47,537 nucleotides of DNA, taken from Dehalococcoidia bacterium. GTDB taxonomy: Bacteria > Chloroflexota > Dehalococcoidia > GIF9 > AB-539-J10. Made by a program: the position numbers and the translations under genes. The stretch is taken from positions 1-47,537 of the forward strand of contig JAWOFK010000079.1 of the NCBI GenBank assembly GCA_046497565.1, in the 5' to 3' direction. A model generated the notes under the pieces. The model worked only from the letters and a program-made list of their open reading frames with translations. It was not told the DNA's origin and searched no databases. Positions 1-8,425 of the stretch are shown here, one piece after another; position 1 is the stretch's first letter, and every line of letters begins with the position of its first letter.

Positions 1-370
<370 letters not shown>

Positions 371-438
371 CACCAGGCTGAGCACAAAACCCTCCAACAT
401 GAGGTCCACGGAGGCCTAAGGCCACCGTGGACATTCGA

Positions 439-513
<75 letters not shown>

Positions 514-523
514 AGGAACTGAC

Positions 524-552
524 AAAGGCAGGATATTCGTATCCTGCCTTTT
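524..552 (+). terminator. Rho-independent terminator of the rRNA/tRNA transcript
   Basis: AAAGGCAGGATA-TTCG-TATCCTGCCTTTT perfect hairpin with T tail. Confidence 0.85.
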
Positions 553-643
553 CATTTGTGATGGGTGCAGCCTCGCGTCAAGACGGGCAACCCTTTAACG
601 GCAGTCTTTCCAGATTGTTTGAGACACCCCGGCATGATATCAT

Positions 644-1345
644 GTGAACATGACCCACTCAGACCGCAACCCCGCAGACTATCCAGAATCGGTGGTTGTC
701 GCACATCATCATAAGCTGATCTGTGAAGGAATTGCCAGGATTCTACAGGAAGCTGGCTTCCGTGTTGTGGGACAGGCGGACACCGAGCAAAGCCTCGTTC
801 AGTCGGCGCTCCAGCATAAGCCGGACATCATGCTGGTGGACTGGGAGATGTCAGAGGTTGCGCCGGAGACCATTCGTGCGCTTACCGAGAAGCTGCCCAA
901 TCTGGCTGTCGTCATCCTGACACAGCCACAATCAACCGAGGCCTTCCTGCCAATCCTGCAGGCGGGCGCCAGAGGCTGCCTTTCCGTAAACCTCTCAGCT
1001 CAAGAATTCGTGCAATCATTGCGTATGCTGGCCAGGGGAGACATTGTCGTCTCCCAGGAGATGGCCGACGGCATCAAGGTGGAACTGGCTGCTGATCAGG
1101 CCTCGAAGGGCAGGGACGACGTAAGCGGCCGCGAGCGAGAGGTGCTGCAACTGGTGTGCCAGGGCGCAACCAACCGCGAAATCGCTGAAAGGCTCATCGT
1201 GTCGGAGCATACTGTAAAGGTCCACCTGAGAAACATCCTGCAAAAACTGAATCTCCGTAACCGCCAGCAAGTCGCTGCCTACGCAGTCCAGGAGGGCCTG
1301 GTGACGGATATCAAATCTGAAGACGCCTCTCAATCTTACACTTAG
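644..1345 (+). CDS. NarL/LuxR-family response regulator with atypical receiver domain
   Basis: REC-like N-terminus plus LuxR HTH (REREVLQLVCQGATNREIAERLIVSEHTVKVHLRNILQKL). Start may be ATG 650. Confidence 0.9.
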   Translation: MNMTHSDRNPADYPESVVVAHHHKLICEGIARILQEAGFRVVGQADTEQSLVQSALQHKPDIMLVDWEMSEVAPETIRALTEKLPNLAVVILTQPQSTEAFLPILQAGARGCLSVNLSAQEFVQSLRMLARGDIVVSQEMADGIKVELAADQASKGRDDVSGREREVLQLVCQGATNREIAERLIVSEHTVKVHLRNILQKLNLRNRQQVAAYAVQEGLVTDIKSEDASQSYT

Positions 1346-1527
1346 GCAGCCTCTACTCACTCTATGACCGGAGGAGTTATCCCCTGGTACTCCTTTTGGT
1401 GGCCTCAGTTTAGCCGAACAGGCGATGTGCCAGTTTCCTGCACGTGTTAGACTTGTCATACGTCATATTTCCCGCCCCGAATGTCGGCCGGTAAGACTAA
1501 GGGAATGCTAGTTGAAAGGAGGTTGAA

Positions 1528-1809
1528 ATGATCGAAGTGAGTGAGTTGGCAGCGAACGCATTGGTGCAGAGCCTGGAGGCAAGTGGTGTGGAGCCAGAGA
1601 AAGGGTTTCGACTGACGAAACAGGAGAACAGATTCGCGTTGGAAATCGACAGTCCTGCCGAGGCCGATCGAGTGATCAGGCATGAAGGAGCCATTGCCCT
1701 GATCGTCGACCAGGTCACCGAGGAAGAGGTTGGCGACGCGCTCATCGACGTGGAGGATAGGCCAGACGGGCCTCAGTTAATGATGCGCAGCAAGTCCCCT
1801 GAAGAATAG
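1528..1809 (+). CDS. Small HesB/IscA-fold-like protein without cysteines
   Basis: Strong RBS AAAGGAGG; MIEVSELAANAL...FRL...FALEIDSP..ADRVI pattern typical of HesB-like domains. Confidence 0.6.
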   Translation: MIEVSELAANALVQSLEASGVEPEKGFRLTKQENRFALEIDSPAEADRVIRHEGAIALIVDQVTEEEVGDALIDVEDRPDGPQLMMRSKSPEE

Positions 1810-1851
1810 CCAACATGTGAGGCAAGGGCAACAAGCGCAGCCCCAATCACA

Positions 1852-1875
1852 GGTTCCGGGTTCATTACCGGAACC
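1852..1875. terminator. Hairpin after the HesB-like gene (possible terminator)
   Basis: GGTTCCGG-N8-CCGGAACC, no T tail. Confidence 0.35.
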
Positions 1876-1958
1876 CAGCTCTTGCAGATTCTGCGAACGC
1901 TGAAACCCGTGGTATACTGTAGAGGGACTGTCGACATTCCCTTTAAAAGAGAAGAGCA

Positions 1959-2177
1959 ATGGACATAAAACCCGGAGTTCCCGTAGTAGACAAGAATGGC
2001 AAGGCAGTGGGCTCCGTGACCCATCTGGCACGCGATGGCTGGAGTGGCGAGGTTAAGAAATTCATAGTTGCTAGACCTGACAAAGACCTTTTCTTCACAC
2101 TCGAGGATGTACTCGAGGCAACGGATACCATCATAAAGCTGAAATCGGCCGTCGATGAATCCGGGGAAGCCACATAA
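1959..2177 (+). CDS. Small PRC-barrel-like protein
   Basis: G-x-x-V-x-D-K-N-G-K-x-V-G-x-V pattern; TGGTATACT -10 upstream. Confidence 0.55.
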   Translation: MDIKPGVPVVDKNGKAVGSVTHLARDGWSGEVKKFIVARPDKDLFFTLEDVLEATDTIIKLKSAVDESGEAT

Positions 2178-2218
2178 CCTGCCCAATATCCCACGGAAGA
2201 CACAAGACAATCCGCCAG

Positions 2219-2240
2219 CGAGGTGCTGAACGAGGACGAA
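2219..2240 (+). repeat. 22-bp element, copy 1 (exact inverted copy at 7483-7504)
   Basis: CGAGGTGCTGAACGAGGACGAA is the reverse complement of 7483-7504. Confidence 0.9.
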
Positions 2241-2243
2241 GTC

Positions 2244-2272
2244 TTGACGGCACAGACCAAATGAGCTATCTT
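2244..2272 (+). promoter_or_regulatory. Putative sigma70 promoter for the B3/B4 gene
   Basis: TTGACG-17bp-TATCTT. Confidence 0.55.
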
Positions 2273-2295
2273 CTGGTTACCTGCGGTGGCGGATT

Positions 2296-3042
2296 ATGGC
2301 ACGTCCCCAGGCGGGTTCTCAGGTGTCCGGTGACACTCAGATGAAAGACATAGTATCTGCGGAAGTACTGGCCAAATTCCCTGACTACATTCGGGGGGTG
2401 GTTATCGCCAAAGAGGTCGATAACCACGGTGAAAACCAGAGGCTGACCGAATTATTGAGAAAGGCAGTGGAGAACGCCGCCCGGGACGAGTCCCTGCAGG
2501 ATATCAAGAACCACCCCCGGGTTGCCCCATGGCGACAGGCTTACGCCGACTTCGGCACCAACCCCAATAAGTTCTACTGCTCCATTGAGTCACTGGCCAG
2601 ACGTGCTCGGCGGGGTGACCAGCTACCGTATATTAATACCCTGGTGGCTCTGTTCAACTACTTTTCCCTGGAACATATGGTGCCCAGCGGCGGCGATGAC
2701 CTGGATTCGATTGACGGCGCCCTTCGCCTGACCCTTGCCAGGGGCGACGAGCCGTTCACCCCACTCGGTGCGGATACTGTTGAGAATCCCCCGCCGGGCG
2801 AGGTCATCTATGTCGACAACTCAAAGGTAATGTGCCGGCGCTGGAACTGGAGGCAGAGCGACCAGACCAAGCTCTCCCCGGCGACAACCAGGGTGGCAAT
2901 AAATGTGGACTGCCTGCCACCCGTGTCAAAGCGTGAAGCTGAAGCGATTACCGCAGAACTGGCCCACCTGGTGCAGGAGTTCTGCGGCGGCGAGGTGAAG
3001 TACCTCTTGCTTGAAGCCGCCCATAACGAAGCTGAGACATAA
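2296..3042 (+). CDS. Stand-alone B3/B4-domain protein (PheRS beta editing domain-like)
   Basis: WRQAYADFG..P.K..CSIESL.RR, INTLVALFNYFSL, GGDDLD, GEVIYVD..VMCRRWNWRQ. Start may be ATG 2341. Confidence 0.88.
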   Translation: MARPQAGSQVSGDTQMKDIVSAEVLAKFPDYIRGVVIAKEVDNHGENQRLTELLRKAVENAARDESLQDIKNHPRVAPWRQAYADFGTNPNKFYCSIESLARRARRGDQLPYINTLVALFNYFSLEHMVPSGGDDLDSIDGALRLTLARGDEPFTPLGADTVENPPPGEVIYVDNSKVMCRRWNWRQSDQTKLSPATTRVAINVDCLPPVSKREAEAITAELAHLVQEFCGGEVKYLLLEAAHNEAET

Positions 3043-3062
3043 ACGGGAAAACCCCGGCACGC

Positions 3063-3091
3063 TTGACAGTACGGAGGAGGGTTGGTATAGT
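3063..3091 (+). promoter_or_regulatory. sigma70 promoter of had
   Basis: TTGACA-17bp-TATAGT with extended TG. Confidence 0.75.
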
Positions 3092-3215
3092 ATGGGCTGG
3101 GTTTCTGGAGAAACCAAACTGGTACTGGCGAGGAGGTGATGAAACTGCTCGAGGTGAATGGTCGCGTTTCGCCTTTCGGATTTATCAGCAAACAGTAGAA
3201 TAAGGAGGGAGTATT

Positions 3216-4289
3216 ATGTCAAAAATACCGGACAAAATCGCAACCTGGCAGATGGTAGAGCCGGGCAAACTGGAGAGGACAAGCATCGCTGTCCCCGAGC
3301 TCAAGCCCGGGGAGGTGCTGGTTGAGATTGCTGGCTGTGGCGTCTGTCATACCGACCTGGGCTATTTCTATGATGGCGTGCCCACAGTCAACAAACCGCC
3401 GCTGACCCTGGGACATGAAATCAGCGGCACGGTGATAGCCGGCGATGGCAAGTTGATGGGCAAGGAAGTTATCATACCGGCGGTGATGCCATGCAATAGC
3501 TGTCCTATCTGTGCTGCTGGAAGAGGCAACCGCTGCCTGGCCCAGAAGATGCCCGGCAACAGCATGGAAATGTACGGAGGCTTCTCCAGCCACATCGTCG
3601 TCCCTGCCGGAGACTTGTGCGTGATTCCGGATAGGAAAGGGGTACCTCTTTCTCACTTTGCCGTGATTGCGGATGCCGGAACATCACCCTATCAGGCAGC
3701 GATGAGGGCTGAGGTGAAGCCCGGGGATTCGGTCATCATCATCGGCATTACCGGAGGTCTGGGTGTATACGCCGGCCAGATTTGCGCGGCACTGGGCGCC
3801 AAAGAGGTCATCGGTATCGCTCGCAATCCGACCAAGCTCAAAAGAGCGCTGGACTACGGCGCCACCCATGTCATCAGCTCGGTGGATAAGGCTCCCCGGG
3901 ATATCAGGGACGAGTTTCGCGGTTACTGCAAAGAAAAGGGCGTGCCCTCGAACTACGGCTGGAAGATTTTTGAGTGGACAGGCACCGGTGAAGGTCAGGC
4001 AATCGGCCTGGAGTTGCTGTCATTTATCGGCAAGCTCGTGATTTGCGGCTTCGGCATGCAGAAGAACGAGTATGCTCTATCACGGCTGATGGCATTTGAC
4101 GCTGATATTCTGGGCTCCTGGGGCTGTCTGCCCAAGTACTACCCCCAGGTCCTGGACATGGTGCTGAAAGGGAAGATTAAGATAGAGCCCTTTATCGAGA
4201 CCAGGCCGATGAGCCAGATTCAGCAAGCATTTACAGATGCTCATGGAGGCGGGCTGGAGAAGAGGATAGTACTGACCCCTGATTTCTAG
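3216..4289 (+). CDS. had: 6-hydroxycyclohex-1-ene-1-carbonyl-CoA dehydrogenase (Zn-dependent)
   Basis: GCGVCHTDLGYFYDGVPT, GHE, CxxCxxC..C, LSRLMAFDA..GSWGCLP motifs of Had/BamQ; neighbours oah and dch. Confidence 0.92.
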   Translation: MSKIPDKIATWQMVEPGKLERTSIAVPELKPGEVLVEIAGCGVCHTDLGYFYDGVPTVNKPPLTLGHEISGTVIAGDGKLMGKEVIIPAVMPCNSCPICAAGRGNRCLAQKMPGNSMEMYGGFSSHIVVPAGDLCVIPDRKGVPLSHFAVIADAGTSPYQAAMRAEVKPGDSVIIIGITGGLGVYAGQICAALGAKEVIGIARNPTKLKRALDYGATHVISSVDKAPRDIRDEFRGYCKEKGVPSNYGWKIFEWTGTGEGQAIGLELLSFIGKLVICGFGMQKNEYALSRLMAFDADILGSWGCLPKYYPQVLDMVLKGKIKIEPFIETRPMSQIQQAFTDAHGGGLEKRIVLTPDF

Positions 4290-4298
4290 AGTAAACAG

Positions 4299-4330
4299 CA
4301 CCGCAGTGGCAGGAATCTGCCACTGCGGTG
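4299..4330. terminator. Bidirectional terminator between convergent had and SDR
   Basis: 14-bp perfect inverted repeat CACCGCAGTGGCAG-GAAT-CTGCCACTGCGGTG. Confidence 0.75.
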
Positions 4331-4346
4331 TCGCTGAACAAAAACA

Positions 4347-5096
4347 TTACCCGAGATAACCACCATCAACACATAACACCTGTCCCGTGATGTAGCGCGC
4401 GTCATCAGACGCCAGAAACACAAAGGCCGGCACTACTTCCTCAGGTTCGCCAAACCGTCTCAGCTGGATTCTCGCAATGTATGTCTCCTTGAGCTTTTCA
4501 TCTCCCCTTATCTTATCCGTCATCTCCGTTGTGATAACTCCCATGGATATTGCATTAACATTTATCCCGTATCTGGCGAGTTCCCGGGATGCAGACTTGG
4601 TGAAGCCGATGATTCCCGCCTTCGCCGAGGCATAGTTTATCTGCCCCACCGTGCCGTACAATCCGGCGGTGGAGATGACATTGACGATCCTCCCATAATT
4701 GTTCTCCTTCATATAATTACCAGCAGCCTGCGTACAATTGAAGGTACCCTTGAGGTGAATATCGACAACCCGGTCCCACGTCTCCTCGTCCATGTTCAGA
4801 AGCAAAGCAGGCCTGGACAGTCCAGCGTTGTTGACCAGGATATCCACGCCCCCTAACTCACGCACCGCCTGGTCTACCATTGACCTGGCATCCTGATAAT
4901 TGCCGACATCCGCTTTCAAGGCCAGGACTTTCCGGCCGAGCCTCTGTATCTCGTCCACCACTTCCTGAGCAGCGGCATCATTGCTGCGGTAGTTTATGGC
5001 TACATCGGCCCCTTCCCTGGCAAAAGCCAGCGCCACAGCTCTGCCGATGCCCCTCCCGCCACCGGTGACAATCGCCTTCTTATCCTGCAATCTCAT
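4347..5096 (-). CDS. FabG-like SDR, probable 3-hydroxyacyl(pimeloyl)-CoA dehydrogenase
   Basis: TGGGRGIG, NNAG, YASAK; last gene of the oah-dch unit (substrate inferred from context). Confidence 0.85.
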   Translation of the reverse strand: MRLQDKKAIVTGGGRGIGRAVALAFAREGADVAINYRSNDAAAQEVVDEIQRLGRKVLALKADVGNYQDARSMVDQAVRELGGVDILVNNAGLSRPALLLNMDEETWDRVVDIHLKGTFNCTQAAGNYMKENNYGRIVNVISTAGLYGTVGQINYASAKAGIIGFTKSASRELARYGINVNAISMGVITTEMTDKIRGDEKLKETYIARIQLRRFGEPEEVVPAFVFLASDDARYITGQVLCVDGGYLG

Positions 5097-5118
5097 AGTA
5101 CTCCTCTCGCCACTCTAG

Positions 5119-5889
5119 TTACCTGTTCTTCCATACAGGTTTACGTTTATCCAAATATGACTGCAAACCCTCCTGGCCATCTTCGGTCTGCCAGCTCTTG
5201 ATGCCGAGCTCCACTCCCTTGTCCAAGGAGGCCTCAAGCGAGGGCGTTTCCGCACAAGCATACAGCGCCTCTCTCACAAGCCTGACGCTCAGTGCGCTCT
5301 TTTCCACCAACTTGCGTGCAAACTTCTCCGCAGTCTGGTCCAGCTCTTCTTCCGGAACAACCTTGTTAACGAGGCCAATTCGTTCCGCTTCCTGGGCAGT
5401 GACATTTTCTCCCATCACCAGCAGCTCAAACGCCTTCTTTTCTCCCATTATCCTGGGAAACAGGGGAGCAGCCGCCGGCGCCAGTCCTCCCAGTTTTATC
5501 TCCGGCTGACCGAGCTGGGCTTTCTCCGAAGCGATAGCCATGTCACAGCCGGCAACAAGCTCGCAGCCGCCACCAAGTGCCACGCCATTGACTACGGCAA
5601 TACTGGGCTTGCCAAGGCCTCTCAGAAGATGGAAGACACGGCCGAACTCCTTCATCATCTTCGGCATCTTCTCCCCGATATGGTCATTTACCTCCACACC
5701 GGCACTGAAGGCCCTGTTTCCCGAGCCACGGAGCAACAGCACCTTGACTTCATCATCCTTCGCCAGTTGCCCAAGAGCGGTATTCAGCTCCGCCAACGTA
5801 TCAGCATCCATCACGTTAAGTGGCGGGCGGTTAATTACCAGAGTCGCTATTCCCTCTTTCTTATCCAGTGTAATGTTCTGGAATTCCAT
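5119..5889 (-). CDS. dch: Enoyl-CoA hydratase, probable cyclohexa-1,5-diene-1-carbonyl-CoA hydratase
   Basis: Crotonase motifs RPPLNV, FSAGVEVNDH, ALGGGCE, QPEIKLG; ATG 5889 follows GGAGGGG RBS; lies downstream of oah. Confidence 0.75.
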   Translation of the reverse strand: MEFQNITLDKKEGIATLVINRPPLNVMDADTLAELNTALGQLAKDDEVKVLLLRGSGNRAFSAGVEVNDHIGEKMPKMMKEFGRVFHLLRGLGKPSIAVVNGVALGGGCELVAGCDMAIASEKAQLGQPEIKLGGLAPAAAPLFPRIMGEKKAFELLVMGENVTAQEAERIGLVNKVVPEEELDQTAEKFARKLVEKSALSVRLVREALYACAETPSLEASLDKGVELGIKSWQTEDGQEGLQSYLDKRKPVWKNR

Positions 5890-6005
5890 ATCCCCTCCCT
5901 TCAGGATATATTTCGCTCCTATTATCCGGCGCGGTGCGCCTTTCTTCAAGAAGCGAAAGCCCACGGTTTGTCCCTGGGCTTCCGCTTCTACAAATCCTTA
6001 TCAGC

Positions 6006-7142
6006 TTACTTCTTCGGCTTGGGCATAACCTGGTCTGCCAGATCATCATCAAAGGCATGCCCCTGGGCAACCAGCTGGCGGTATTTGATGAAGTCTATCC
6101 TGCGCTGACCGGTCATATCCTCCGTGTTGAAGGTATTGAATCCGAGATAGGCTTCCATGTTCATGTTGGCAGCCAGCCAGTATTTGGCGCTTATCTTGTT
6201 GGTGTCCCAGAAGTATTTCTTTTTCCACCTGATAGTCTCAATGGCCTTCATGAGACATAAAGGCATAAGGTTAGCGAGAGTCCAGACAATTTCGTTTATC
6301 CTCTGGTCCAGAAGCGAGAAATCGGTCTCAGCCTTCTTTATAATCTCCCGGGCCTCCTTGGCCTCGTCACCGACCTTGGGTTCTCCATAGACGATTTTTC
6401 CGTTCTCTATGTACTTGTCGGTAATCACCGAAGGATTCCTGATCCACTTGCCATCGAGCTTCTTCACGGGCACTACATCGGTTATATGGCCCAGTCTATG
6501 CATTTTGTAGGCACTCCACAGCTCATTGGCGACGCAATTCCAGATGGCCAGCTCCGTAGTAGGTAATTGCCAGGGCAGAAAGTCGGTCGAGCCTCCGTCC
6601 GGCGTTGAGCCGACCCCGGTGCCAGCCTGACCAAGAGTAGCAAGGTCAGAGGCAATAGTCAGATCGCAGGCCTGACCGATCTCCTGTCCCCCCGCTACGG
6701 CCATCCCGTTAGCGCGACGAATGACCGGCGCGCCGGCATCCAGGATGGCATCTACCATGCCACTGAACAGGTTAATATAGTCCCTGTATTCCCTTGGCCT
6801 GCGGGTGTAGTATTCAGCATATTCCTTGGTATTGCCACCGGTACAAAAGGCCCTGTCGCCAGCACCGGTGAAGATGATGGCCACAACATCCCTCTCCGCC
6901 GAGGCCTTCTTCATTCCGGCTATGACGCCTTTGACCATCTCGGTGGTGTAGGAATTGTACTGGGCGGGATTATTGAGGGTAATCCACGCCGTGTACAGTC
7001 CCTCTACGGCTTCCCCGGTCTTGGGGTTGACCAGAGGTTTCTTTTCGTACATGGTGCAGGGCGGCGCCGTTCCAAAGAACTCATCGCCAACCAGCTGGTG
7101 ATCCTTAAGTGTATTATCTCTTGGCAACCAATCCATCGACAT
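6006..7142 (-). CDS. oah: 6-oxocyclohex-1-ene-1-carbonyl-CoA hydrolase (Oah/BamA)
   Basis: WITLNNPAQYNSYTTEMVK, AFCTGGNTKEYAEYY, GGQEIG.ACD, WLAANM..EA signature. Confidence 0.95.
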   Translation of the reverse strand: MSMDWLPRDNTLKDHQLVGDEFFGTAPPCTMYEKKPLVNPKTGEAVEGLYTAWITLNNPAQYNSYTTEMVKGVIAGMKKASAERDVVAIIFTGAGDRAFCTGGNTKEYAEYYTRRPREYRDYINLFSGMVDAILDAGAPVIRRANGMAVAGGQEIGQACDLTIASDLATLGQAGTGVGSTPDGGSTDFLPWQLPTTELAIWNCVANELWSAYKMHRLGHITDVVPVKKLDGKWIRNPSVITDKYIENGKIVYGEPKVGDEAKEAREIIKKAETDFSLLDQRINEIVWTLANLMPLCLMKAIETIRWKKKYFWDTNKISAKYWLAANMNMEAYLGFNTFNTEDMTGQRRIDFIKYRQLVAQGHAFDDDLADQVMPKPKK

Positions 7143-7451
7143 TTTGTCTACCTCCTAATTTGTTTTTGGCAGCACGCCAAAGAACCGATTTCTTCCTGGA
7201 CTATCCTTGACGTGATAGTATAGCTTTTCCAGAACGTTAGTACATAGTATATCACCCCCCACTGTCAAGCGTTTTTTTCCGGACTTTTCGAGATTTTCGT
7301 GGGATCGGTTATCAGCCGGCAAACTCGGTGACAGGACTGCGCACCAGCTCTCATACCAACCCATACTACCAGGCTCCTGAGCTAGAAAATACTTCAGGTC
7401 TCTCGGGGAAGTTCTCCTGCCATTCCCCACAGGCAAACATCTTCGGGCTGT

Positions 7452-7480
7452 ATAGTAGCTTTTCTTTGATAGTTTGTCAA
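7452..7480 (-). promoter_or_regulatory. Putative sigma70 promoter pointing towards oah
   Basis: Minus strand TTGACA-17bp-TACTAT. Confidence 0.6.
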
Positions 7481-7482
7481 TG

Positions 7483-7504
7483 TTCGTCCTCGTTCAGCAC
7501 CTCG
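7483..7504 (-). repeat. 22-bp element, copy 2
   Basis: TTCGTCCTCGTTCAGCACCTCG, exact reverse complement of 2219-2240. Confidence 0.9.
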
Positions 7505-7695
7505 GTTACATAGCATCCCCTTTCTATGCTGAAAGTAGCACTTAAGACACTCCTGAGGGGTGGGGTAGCCCAAAGATTGGTGAGGACGACGTTACAGGTA
7601 TGCTCACTCAGCATAGCCGTTCAACTTAGGTGAATATGGAGTGCAAACGAGTCCCATGTCACTCGGCCCAGCAGGCCAAGCGGCCGCATCAACTC

Positions 7696-7718
7696 GATTC
7701 AGCACAGTAGGCTGAATC
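7696..7718 (-). terminator. Hairpin at the marR stop
   Basis: GATTCAGC-N7-GCTGAATC. Confidence 0.4.
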
Positions 7719-8235
7719 ATAAGCTATCATCAAGTCCTGCATCAGCCATCCGCTTCAGAATGTGGCGCCTGATGCGTCTCAAAAGGCTACTCATTTGTTC
7801 CAATTCCTCAGTTGTAAGAATAGGCATACACTCATGACTGATATCCATGGTTAGGGGCAGGCTATTCTTAACGAATTGAATCCCCTTTTCAGTAACGGAG
7901 ATCTTTTTGGTTCGCCGGTCCTTACCCTCAAGTTCTCTTGTTGCTAAGCCATCACTAACCAACCCATCAACAATCTTGGTAACCGTCTGTTTGGAGCGGA
8001 ATGTCATCTTACTGAGATCAGAGGGTTTTAGAACTCCTTTGTGAGTTATCAATGTATGCAAGATATCCATTCGGCTGCGGTTTTGACCATATCCTTTAAC
8101 TCTCGCATTGACATATTTGTCCATAAGGAGCCCGGTGTACATAACTTGTAAACCGGTGTTAAATCTCAAATCTGAGGCCATCTCTCCAATTCTTTTGGCT
8201 AGAGATGTAACACTTCTACTATATATAGCAGTCAT
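7717..8235 (-). CDS. MarR-family transcriptional regulator
   Basis: wHTH SDLSK...SKQTVTKIVDGLVSDGL and DRRTKKISVTEKG. Confidence 0.9.
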   Translation of the reverse strand: MTAIYSRSVTSLAKRIGEMASDLRFNTGLQVMYTGLLMDKYVNARVKGYGQNRSRMDILHTLITHKGVLKPSDLSKMTFRSKQTVTKIVDGLVSDGLATRELEGKDRRTKKISVTEKGIQFVKNSLPLTMDISHECMPILTTEELEQMSSLLRRIRRHILKRMADAGLDDSL

Positions 8236-8298
8236 GAATCTCCTCCTCTAATAGAATTGCCGAAATACTTTACCATAATTGGTGTACTCTTCATACCT

Positions 8299-8327
8299 AT
8301 TTTAACACAATTAGTCGCTCGGGTCAA
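8299..8327 (-). promoter_or_regulatory. sigma70 promoter of marR
   Basis: Minus strand TTGACC-17bp-TAAAAT with extended TG. Confidence 0.65.
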
Positions 8328-8352
8328 TATCCACCGATTGATAATCCCCTAG

Positions 8353-8382
8353 TTGACAAACGGAGATATCATATAATATACT
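8353..8382 (+). promoter_or_regulatory. sigma70 promoter of the catabolic operon
   Basis: TTGACA-18bp-TATACT in an AT-rich divergent spacer. Confidence 0.55.
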
Positions 8383-8425
8383 ATATTCAATACAGTCCAG
8401 CAAAAAATAGAAAGGAGGGTTTACT

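Noticed and set aside
2175-2264. Apparent in-frame continuation after the TAA of the 1959-2177 gene
   Set aside because: The stop is TAA, not TGA, and the stretch is explained by the 22-bp repeat and promoter
3139-3198. 19-codon ORF in the had leader after AGGAGGT
   Set aside because: The RBS sits almost on the ATG (poor spacing) and there is no attenuator signature
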